34,793 nt of DNA from Reclinomonas americana ATCC 50394 (taxonomy: Eukaryota), in assembly GCA_048213135.1 (NCBI GenBank), contig PS015471.1:44583-79375 (forward strand), given 5' to 3'. How positions within the stretch are numbered: position 1 is the stretch's first letter; each line of letters starts with the position of its first letter. Positions 12,601 through 22,711 of the stretch are shown piece after piece. The notes under the pieces are model-generated. The model made no database searches, was not told where the DNA came from, and saw nothing but the letters and a program-made list of their open reading frames with translations. A program made the translations under genes and the position numbers.

Positions 12601-13846
12601 CAAGAAAGCCTGCTCAACAACAAGAGGGGGTGAACAAGCAACATCACCATCATCCCAACGGACAACCTAAAAGACGAAACATCTGGATCGCCTCCGAGCA
12701 TCACAGGCGAGGCGCGCACCTCGTCCACCGCCGGACGAGCGCGATCGTACTGGCTGCACGACGGACTGGCGTGCAGGCTGGAGCTGGCGAATGGGTGCTC
12801 GCGCGCCGGCAGTGCCATGGACGACGACAACGGAATGCGCGCCACATTCAACTCATCCTCGTCGCGGCCGGGGCGGTACGATGGTAGCCGTGACACGTAT
12901 TGCATGTCGAGGCAGAGCAGATCGTGGGAGAAGATCTTGTTGAACTTGTGCTTGGAGGTGAGATCACCGCCAAAGATAATCGCATGCGACTGGTACAAGT
13001 CGCACGAGTGACTGAATCGGTTCAGCAAACGCGTTCGGTTGACGCGGATCTTGGACCAGTGGTGCCCGACGAGGTCCAAGCAGTAGATGTCCCCGAGGTA
13101 GGCCCAGTCGACTGTGCGACCACCGACCACAAACAACTTGTCTTCGTAGACAAATGTGGCGTGCGATCCGGTGGGTGGCGGAGCCTCGCCAGTCGCGTGG
13201 ATCTTGGTCCACTGGTGTGCCACTGTGAATTGCGTCGTTCAACACACACACCCCGACCATTGAGGGAAGGAAGGGATCGTTGTCGATGCATGCATACCTC
13301 GGTCGAAAATGAAGGCGTCGTTGTAGAGTTGCACGAGATTGAGGTCACGCTCACCGCCAAAGAGCACATACGCATTGTCGCGCCACTTGCTGAACGTGTG
13401 CCGACACCGCTGACCAGGTAAGTCACCGCGCACGTCGCTCAACACATCCCACTGCGAGCGCTCCACGTTGAGACGCGTCATGCGATCCGACGTCTTCCAC
13501 TGCATAAAGAGACCGCCGCCAAAGCAGTACACATCGTCGCCCGTGATGCACGGTGGCGAGTACTGGCAGGCGTGCAGCGGGTAGTCCGTCGGCCGCGACT
13601 GGATCCATGTGGAACCCGAGCCTGTGTGCGTGTGCGCGCTGCGTGAGTGACGCAACCGCAAATGGAAACCGCGTGCGCACCAAAGACACACACGGAACCT
13701 CGATCGTCCAAGTCCAACGAGTACATGATCTTGTTGACCTCGTTGCGCTCTTTGACGCCGCCCACCACATGCAAGCGATCGCCCATCACAAACGACGAGT
13801 GGCCGTACAAGCCGACGGGCAACGACGGCGCCGCCGTCACCACCAT
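9619..13846 (-). CDS. Kelch-repeat + ankyrin-repeat + BTB/POZ protein (single spliced gene); internal gap, 3' end in gap
   Basis: ATG at 13846. Kelch blades LHVVGG, VYCFGG, YVLFGG, LFVVGG, AIIFGG. Ankyrin repeats TLLHWAA, TPLHYAV, RPIHNAS, TPLIFSC, ALHIAA, TPLQFAV, TPLHTAI. BTB SDLVIRLRDQSVLLAHKE|VLVARSDYFAAML...FLSFIYSG. A linker exon at about 12464-12610 joins Kelch and ankyrin parts in frame. Confidence 0.8.
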
Positions 13847-14134
13847 TTTCTCTGTGCGTCACATTCCCATTGTCAGATGCTCATCAAACCAACGCGAGAG
13901 GGANNNNNNNNNNNNNNNNNNNNNNNNNNNNNNNNNNNNNNNNNNNNNNNNNNNNNNNNNNNNNNNNNNNNNNTCAGCCAGACAGACAGAACACGCGATC
14001 GCTGCGTACTTTGCTGGCCTACGAAGGGCGCAAACAAAGTCTTCTCTTCGTTGTCGCGCGCGCACGAAAGACAATCGCGACTTGCGCGAGCTCGAGTGCG
14101 TCTGTCTGTCTGTCCCCGTTTGCATTGCCCCGCG

Positions 14135-16214
14135 ATGCGCGCCTTGCTTCTTCTCGCCTGTGCGCTTGTGTGTGCTCTGTGCTTCACACATGGAGGCCTC
14201 CTCGCGCACGGAATGAATGTGGTGGGCGGTGTGAACATCACGGGCTTGCAAATTCACTTGCAGGGACTCGGCTTGCGTGTGTTTCGTGTGGGCGATGGGC
14301 AGTCACTGCAAGAGGCTGGTGTGTGTGTGTGTGTTGAGCATGCTCTCTTTGGTGCGCATTGTCGCTGAGCACAAATGGCAGCGATTGCATTCTGTCACGA
14401 GAATGGACTGGATGTGCGCATGGCGCCCGAGTTGGAGGCGGTGGCGCAGAGGACCGTCAGTGACTTTGCCTCCAAGCATTTTGTGGTGCGGGCGTGCACA
14501 AGTGATCGCTTTTTCATCGGTCTTGTGTTGAGGCTCTCGTTTTGTGTGTGCCAGGCGGTCAACACGTTTCAACAGATGGTGCTGGGGGCCGATTGGCGAC
14601 GCCCGGATGGTGGCCAGCGTGCAGTGCCACAGCCGGACGCGAAGGAGCAGCAGGAGCAGCAGCAAGAACAGGAACTGGCACGGCGACCACCGTTTGCAGA
14701 GTGGCGCCACGGAGGCGCCTTGATGCGCGAGCTGAGTGCGCTTCCGTACTGTCACGTGTGGTGCCTCGACTTGCCGCGAGCGGGTGGCGCGCTGTTGTGC
14801 GACTGTCGACACATTGACGATGAGTTCATTCGACGTGGGCTGATGCAGTTGCCGCCGCCGCTGCCGGAGCTGAGTGGTCGCATCTTGCCACCGAATGTGC
14901 CGAGCCTGTTGCCGGCGTCGACGTGTCAGAGCTTTGAGGCGTACATTTGGCGTGTGCTGAGCTCCGATGAGGCACTGCGACAGACAGCGGCTGCTGTGGA
15001 GCGCGGACTGGATGCGCCGCAACCGATAGCCCTGTTTCCCAGTGGATTCCGCGAGAATGCTGACACCATGCAGCAACTGGCCGCTCGTCTGCCGCGCCAC
15101 GTCCTCTCCGAGCAGTCGCGCATGGTGGTGTATACCACGGTCAAGATCCGCCCTGGCGAAGGTTATTCCCCACACTGCCACGCTCCACTGGCGTGCGCTC
15201 AATGATCGATACGTGTGCATGTGCACAGGTGCGGAGACGTGGAAACAAATGGTGCGCAACTGGCTGGTGTTCTTTGCTCGCGCTCACGGACCCGACGTGC
15301 TGCCACTGATTGTGTGCCTCGACGAGTCCACGTATGAGAGTGTGGTCGAGGCTGCCGACGGCAACCGGGAGATTGCTTTCCTCGACAATAGTGGCTGGTG
15401 CGATGCATGCACTTGCTGGTGTGGTGGTGCTGATTGTGTCAGTAGTGCTCTCTTTTCACATTCTCATCGCGTACAGGAGCGACAAGCGCGGCAAGGTCGG
15501 TGGAACCAAGCTAAACTACGCGCCGACCATCAACGTCAAGTACCTCTACGCCTACATGATGCTGCGCGCCGGTTTCCAGCCCGTGTATGCCGACGCTGAT
15601 GCGCTGATCACGCGCGATCTACGCACGGTGACGGCGCTGCTGATGCCGTCAGGCGTCGACTTCACCATGCAATACGACTGTTTCGGTTCCTGCAATCCGG
15701 CTCCGCTGACGCTGACGCCGTCGGTGCGAAGACAGCGAGGCCCGTACCTGGTGACACCCGATTGGTGCCTGTGGAACGACCCGTCGTCGTGTGCCGAACA
15801 TCAACGACGCTTCTGTGTCAACACCGGCTTCTTCACCGTGCGCCCAAACGCCTACGGCTTGCGCTTCTTCGCCCACGTGCTCGATCTGCTGCACGGCGAA
15901 TGGGATCGCTGGTTCGAGCAGGATCTCGTCAACGTGCTGCTCGACTACCACACCCGACTGGCACGCCTGCGCTTCGACTGGTTCGAGCCGCGCGTCATCA
16001 ATCAGCACGAGAGCCTGATCAGTCTGGTGGAGAACGGCGTCGAGCTCGACGTGCACAAGATTGCAGTGGTTGCGTCGCGCTCCCCAAGTAGTAATGGAGC
16101 GTGTGCCGAATGGACTCACTCTCTTCGCAGTTGCACATCATGGGACCCGGCATGGAGAAGGTGCGCACCATGCAGGAACACGGCTTGTGGAGCCCCGATG
16201 ATGCAAGAAAATAA
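14135..16214 (+). CDS. Nucleotide-diphospho-sugar transferase (GT77-like, GT-A fold) with signal peptide/anchor, 6 exons
   Basis: Hydrophobic N-terminus MRALLLLACALVCALCF; MVRNWL, LIVCLD, DxD motif YADADAL, CVNTGFFTVRP, WFEQDLVN, and terminal LHIMG...KV..MQEHGLW. Stop TAA at 16212-16214. Confidence 0.78.
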
Positions 16215-16366
16215 ACACGAGTAGAGACCACAGTTATAGTTTTCCTTTTACTCCGTCTGTGCTTTTCGTTGTGTATGCTCGTGGTGAAAAACACGCGACG
16301 TGACGTGCAAGCAACACGTGTCGATGTCGTGTCATTTATGTCCTCTCACCACACATTCTCAACACA

Positions 16367-17965
16367 ATGCGCGCACTCGTGCTCCTCATTGCACTCTTTG
16401 CAACACTGGCGATTGTGTGCCACGCACAGTCCGCTCTGCGCGGCCAATCAGACGACAACGAGGAGAAGTTCACTGTCGGCGGCAATCCCAACTCTCCGTA
16501 TCGGTGAGCGAGAATGACCCCCACATGCATTTTTTGACTGCACTCTTGATTGACTCACTGTGTCTGCTGCAGCATCCGGAGCATCTACTATGATTCTAAC
16601 AAGATCTACTTTGTGAGTGGCGCACGCTCTCTATGCGCATGTGTCCGCTGACGCCGCTCTCTCTCTGTACAGACTGTTGACTCGTCGCCCAACGCATACG
16701 TCTGCAAAACAGGCGCCATGTCCACAGACATTAACAGTCTGGTGTACGTGCCCATTGCTCAGGACCGCCTTGGTGCCATTGTGAAGCCGACGGAGAAGAA
16801 CACACCGGAATTCTACGACATGCTTTATGTGGCCGGCACGACCTCCATTTACACCATCCGGACCGCCGATCTGGCCACTCTCGAGAGCAACCGCGTCATC
16901 AGTGACCCCAGCAAGGTGTTTGGAAGAATGGGTGCGTGCACGTGAGAGTCTGCTGTTCGTTTCTGCTCCGAGATCCCATGACTGACTGGTGTGCAGGCTT
17001 GGCGCTGAGTGCCGACGAGGAGTACCTGGTGCGCTCCTCCAACCACGTCCTTGTTGCCCTTTAATTTGGCTCACACGCGACTGCAGTACACCGCGGTGAA
17101 CAATGCCGACAGCAATGCGCACTTCAAGCTGACGGTGTCCGGATTTGGCGTGCCGTCTCTCAACACCACCAACTTCATCTACCCGGGCAGTTACAACGCG
17201 GAGAGCCGCGAGTCCATGACCAACGGTGTCTTCGGCTCGGATCCGAACTTCGTATACTTTGTGGTGCCGAATGGCAGCGAAAACTACATCTACCCCGACA
17301 CTCCGGCGCAGGGTGCCGTGGTGCAGTTCAATGTTGCCGACAAGCGCTACTTGACGCCGACTAAGCTCGTGTCGCTCCCGGCCGGTGTCGATTACGGCAA
17401 GAACGCCTTCTTTGTGGTTTCGTGATGGCGCCACTCTGCTTTTTGTGTGATCATGATAGAAGTGCTTATCAACACGCTGCAGCCGCACTACACGCAAGCC
17501 GACATTGTGTACATTGTGTCGGAGACTGGCCAGGTGCAGCCGGTGCAACTCGGCAGCGGCGACGCCTTCAAGCTGTTGCCTGGCAATTACACGCTGGCAG
17601 GACCCCTCGGCGGTGAAACTTACATCTCCGCCGTTGCCTCGTCAATCCTCCTCGTGCCGGGCTCCGCGGAATCTGGCCTTGCGCAGCGAGTCAAGCGCAC
17701 CACACTTGTCACCCGCTCGTCGAAGCCCGTGTTCGTGCAGCCCAAGAATCGCCTCATCCGCCTGGACATCACCACTGGCTCCATTGACTTTGTGCTGCGC
17801 GACCGCTGGTGGAGCGCATACGATATGACCGCACTGGCGGTGTCGGACGACGTCGGCAACTCCTTCGTGGGAATCTTCATGGACGGCGAGGTGTGCCTGG
17901 CGTGGAACCTTGACAACAGCTTCAGCAGCAACAACTTGGCGTGTTACCCGCAGCTTGCGGTGTAA
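16367..17965 (+). CDS. Unknown secreted protein, beta-strand-rich (possible beta-propeller), 6 exons
   Basis: Signal-peptide-like MRALVLLIALFATLAIVCHA. Exons 16367-16503, 16573-16612, 16673-16931, about 16997-17028, about 17087-17416 and 17483-17965 join in frame through GT-AG introns. Segments such as LYVAG, GLALSADEEYL and ALAVSDD. Confidence 0.75.
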
Positions 17966-18223
17966 GGGGAGGGAGAGATTCTGCAAGATGTTTACAGCAT
18001 GCAAGTTCAATGAATGCAGCTGCCACTTTTTGAGGCGCGACAAGGCACCCAGTGAGCCCCGAGGTGACCCCGTCCACGACGTCACTGTCGACGTCGGGAA
18101 GGGACGGTTGCAGGACATTGCATTTCGTGCGTTTCGAGAGAGAGAAAGGGAAGGAACCGAGATATCCGCGTGCACTGCCCAAAGACAGAACACGATCAAC
18201 TAGCAAAGCAAGAGCAGCAGAAA

Positions 18224-19231
18224 ATGTCGGTGATTGGTATCGACTTTGGTAACGATCGGTGAGTCTATTTGTGCCCGACATGTCCCCTACTCTCTGTTCT
18301 CTCTCTCTCCCTCCCTTTCTGCTTTTCTCCACTTCCTAGTCGTCTCGTGTATGCGCGATCTCTGCGCAAGTGTGTGTGTGTGTTGTCCGTTCCACATATT
18401 CTGCGTGCTTGCGTCATGAGGAATTTGTCAGCAGAGACTTACGCACTGTGTGATCATTGCCACAGATGCAAGGTCTCGCTACCTGCAGGTGGCATCGTCG
18501 AAGTGGTGCTGAACGAGGTCTCCAATCGCGAAACACCGTTGCGTTTGCTTGCTTGCGTGGGGGGACAAGTGCTTGCGTCATGTGTGTGCCATGCTCACGT
18601 GTGAGCCACACTCTTCTTCTTCTTCTTCTTCTCCCGTCTTCTCCAACAGAACATTGATTGGCTTCAGCGATAAGGAACGCGACATTGGCGAAACGGCGTT
18701 GTCAAGGGTGAGTGAGTGAGTGAGTGAGTGAGGTGCTGACGTGGCTGACAACTGGTGTGCTCATCGTCATACACAGCTGTCGATGAACTACGCCAACACG
18801 GTGGTCGGCCTGAAGGTGTTCATCGGTCGCAAGTTCAGCGAGTCGATTGTGCAGGATGAGATTGCTCGAGTGGGATGCACTGTCGTGGAGGGCCAGAACG
18901 GCGATGCGGCGTTTGAGGTTTGTGCAGAGAGAGCGAGAGGCTCGTCTTCCTGTGCCGATTGCTCATTGTGTGGTTTCGGGATCGCACAGGTGGAGTACCA
19001 GGGCAGGAAGGTGATTGTGACGCCCGAGCAGTGCGTGGCGGCGCTCTTCCGTCGCTTCAAGGAGTTCGCCGAGCAAAAGATCGGCAGCAAGGTCGCCGAT
19101 TGTGTGGTGGCGGTGCCGAGCTACTTCTCCGACGCACAACGCCGTGCCGTGTTCAACTCGTGCAGCATTGCTGGCCTCTGCTGCCTGCGTGTGTTTAGCG
19201 AGAGCGCTGCTGGTGAGACTGGCTACTTTGT

Positions 19232-19281
<50 letters not shown>

Positions 19282-21025
19282 CGTGTCGTCTGGCTCACCG
19301 TTCCTCCCCGCTGTGCAGTGAGTCTGCAGTACGCCTTCTCGCGCCTCAGCGAGTTGCCGACCGCCGATCAGGACGCTCGCCTGGTGATGTTTGTCGATCT
19401 GGGACACTCGTCGCTGGACGTCACGATCAGCAGCTTCAACCAGAACGGCTTGAAGGTGCGTTCCACGCGTATGCGACACACGTTGTGTGACCGGCACACT
19501 GTCCTCACTCGCCTCTTTTACCCGCAGGTGCTGGCTGCCGTGTCGAACCCTCACATTGGCACTCGCGATTTGGATTTGGTGATTGCCGAGTGGGTCCGCG
19601 CCAAGTTCCAGGCGCAAACCGGTCTCGATGTGCGCGAGCGCAAGCGCAACTGGATTCGTCTCCTGGCCGCTGCCGAGCGCTTCAAGAAGCTGCTGTCGGC
19701 CAATCGAGTGGTGCCCGTGAATGTGGAGAGCATCTTTGGCGATCACGACTTCCGTGGCACGATTGAGCGCGAGGAGTTCGAGTCGCTGGCGCAGGGCACG
19801 CTCAGCCAGATGATGGCCCCGATTCACACCTGCATTGCCATGGCCAGTTGCGTGTGGCTGTTCCCCTCTATAGTCTACAGCTGTTCTCCAGTCGTTTCTC
19901 ACGTGTGATATACACATTTGCAGAGGTCGCCGCCACGTCGCTGCACTCGATTGAGATTATCGGTGGAGGTTCGCGCATTCCGGCGTTCCAGCAGCAGGTC
20001 AAGGACTTCCTTGGCCAGCCGAGCCAGACGCTGAGTGCCACCGAGGCCGTCTCGATCGGCGCATCGTGGATGGGCGCCATTCTCAGCCCGTCGTACCGCG
20101 TGCGTCCGTTCGAGGTGCGCGACACTGTTCCGTACCCGATCAACCTGCACTGGGGCGCCGCCAGCAAGGTCCAGTCTAGCGGCATGGATGTCGACGACAC
20201 GTCACCTGTTGCGTCACTCATCCCACCTCCACTGTTCCGCATTTCTCCTTCTGTGTGTGTGTGTGCTGACCCTCGTCGGCTGCGCAGCTGTTCACTCAAG
20301 GCGAGGTGTACCCGGTGATGAAGTGCATTACGTTCCGCGAGACCGACGACATTATCCTGTCGGTTGAGTACGACCGCCGTGTCGAGTACCGCACGCCCGA
20401 CGACCACCCTGTAGTGTTGGGCGAGTTCCGCGTGAAGGGCGTTCCGCGCGATTTGGTGGACGGCAAGAAGCCCAAGGTCAAGGTGCAGCTGCGCATGAAC
20501 ATGCACGGAGTGGTGGAGGTCGAGTGGGCACGCCTGATCGAGGAGTACGAGGAGGTGGTGGAGCCGGCAAAGGAGGGTGAGGCCAGTGGAGCAGAGGGTG
20601 CAGCGGCGGCGGCCGAGCCTGTGCTGAAGAAGAAGGTCCGCAAGACCGATCTGGAGGTCGAATCGCGCGTCAATGGACTCACGTCGCAGGTGGTCGAGGT
20701 ACGTTTGTCTGGGGGGAGGAGGGGGATGATGTAGTCTGTAGGAGAAGACTGACACTCTTCATGTTGCAGCGATTCCGCCAATCCGAAGACGAGATGGTGG
20801 CCAAGGACAAGCTGGTGCTGCAGACGCAGGAGGTCAAGAATGCTGTGGAGGCCTACATTTATGCCTTCCGAAGCCGCGTGCAAGAGTACGGTGATTTGGT
20901 CGACTACGAGGTGGCAGAGGTGAGAGAGAGGACACTGGATGCAAGTGCAAGGGCTGTGTATATGCATGATGCTCACAAACGTGTGCTTCATTCTTTCGCA
21001 GATTCGTGACGCCTTCTTGGCATAC
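18224..21025 (+). CDS. Hsp110/Sse1-type Hsp70 superfamily chaperone; 3' end in gap
   Basis: MSVIGIDFG, NEVSNRETP, DCVVAVPSYFSDAQRRA, VMFVDLGHS, KKLLSAN, IEIIGGGSRIP, AILSPSYRVRPFEVRD, KVKVQLRMNMHG, KKKVRKTDL, KNAVEAYIY. Ten introns traced. Confidence 0.95.
18708..18731 (+). repeat. (GTGA)n tetranucleotide repeat beginning at a splice donor
   Basis: gtgagtgagtgagtgagtgagtga: six units starting at the donor of Hsp110 intron 3. Confidence 0.9.
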
Positions 21026-21382
21026 NNNNNNNNNNNNNNNNNNNNNNNNNNNNNNNNNNNNNNNNNNNNNNNNNNNNNNNNNNNNNNNNNNNNNNNNNNN
21101 NNNNNNNNNNNNNNNNNNNNNNNNNNNNNNNNNNNNNNNNNNNNNNNNNNNNNNNNNNNNNNNNNNNNNNNNNNNNNNNNNNNNNNNNNNNNNNNNNNNN
21201 NNNNNNNNNNNNNNNNNNNNNNNNNNNNNNNNNNNNNNNNNNNNNNNNNNNNNNNNNNNNNNNNNNNNNNNNNNNNNNNNNNNNNNNNNNNNNNNNNNNN
21301 NNNNNNNNNNNNNNNNNNNNNNNNNNNNNNNNNNNNNNNNNNNNNNNNNNNNNNNNNNNNNNNNNNNNNNNNNNNNCCGTGT

Positions 21383-22627
21383 TTACTTTGGGATCCAGTA
21401 GCCTAGCTTGCTCCGAGCTGGGTGCTCGGGATTGAAGACCAACTCCTGCCACGCCTTGTGCGTCTCCTCGACAATGTCGAGAGCGTACTTGACGCCGCGG
21501 TACTCGCCGTTGAAGGCGAACTCGTTCTCGCCCTTGCCCTCGGCGGTCTTGTAGTACCGGAACCAGTGGCGAATGGCGTCCAGCTGCCCGGGGAACACCT
21601 TGTCCACGTCCGTAATATCTGCAAAGCCACGGTGAGCACCAGCAACACAACAGCAACAACATCCATCTCACGACACGCACCATTGAGCTCAGCCGCACGC
21701 TGGTGATTCTTGCGAATGGCCACCACCTTCCAGTCGGTCTCTCCGCCGTCCACCAAGCCCAGCACGCCGAGCACTTTGACCGGCACCGTGTCGCCCATGA
21801 TGATCGGAGTTTCGCCAATCTCCACCACATCGAGCGGATCGCCGTCGCCCATGAAGCCCGTGTCGGGGTGCTTGTGTTCTGGGTTCTCCCACGTCCGCGG
21901 GAAGCACCCGTAGTTGAACGGCATGGCGCCGTACTTGAAGAATCTGCTCCACGGAACCGTGTTAAAGTGTGCGCCACACGAAGAGAGGGGAGTGAGCGAC
22001 TAGGTACGTAACCGCAGTTCGCCCTTCTTGAGATCCTGCTTCAGCGGATTGTGCGGCTCCTCCTTGTTGACCTCCATCTTGGGGTACGTTCTACAAACAA
22101 AACGGACCGTGAGCGCGGTCCACGTGGCATGCATGCACTGGAAAGAGAGACGCGTAACGCAACCCCTTGGGGATCTCATTGACAAACGTGAACACCGGAT
22201 CGCGTGCGCCCGGCGCCGTCAACGCCAGCGGCAAGTCATGCCACGGCGACAGTCGCACACCCGCAGCAGTCTTGAGAAACACGCGAAACTCCTTCGTCTC
22301 TGGCTTGCCAATCAGTTCCACGTGTTGCTGCAAATGCATGCATGCACAAGGTCAGTCATGCATTACTCCTCTCTCTCTCTCTCTGTGTATCTCTCTACAT
22401 CGCGTGACTACCTCATTGCTGCCTCTCTCCTCGTCGACAGCGACCCACATCCACATCATGGCAATGCACACGCCGACAAACAGCACCGCCACTGTCATCA
22501 CGCTTGTGCTCTACAACATAAAAACACGCGTGTGTGTCTATGTGCTCAACACACACACACGCACAATGAGAGAGAAAGACGCAACAGTGACAGTGGTGCT
22601 GAACCGACGCAGACACCGTCCAAGCAT
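21383..22627 (-). CDS. Family I inorganic pyrophosphatase with an N-terminal basic leader and hydrophobic segment, 6 exons
   Basis: SPWHDLPL, VNEIPKG|TYPKME, NPLKQDLKKGELR, NYGCFPRTWE, GDGDPLDVVEIG, VKVLG..GLVDGGETDWKVV, WFRYYK. Two upstream exons (22627-22586, 22510-22412) splice in frame to the catalytic exons. Confidence 0.92.
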
Positions 22628-22711
22628 GCCAATGACCATCGTCTCTCTCGCTCTCTTGCAACAAACACGTGTAAAGTGGCCTAAAGTCGCTGGCAATTTC
22701 GTTCTTTTGTG
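22628..22711. promoter_or_regulatory. Probable bidirectional promoter pyrophosphatase/MGAT1
   Basis: 84 bp between divergent ATGs; contains the palindrome ACACGTGT. Confidence 0.5.

Noticed and set aside
12670-12720. GTTTCG (about 12680) and GTAGCG (33220) as further shifted donors
   Set aside because: Ordinary in-phase donors (GAG|GTGCGC at about 12719; GCG|GTATGG at 33226) fit equally well, so they were excluded from the counts.
17966-18223. Heat-shock element upstream of Hsp110
   Set aside because: Only isolated TTC/GAA words; no three alternating nGAAn units.
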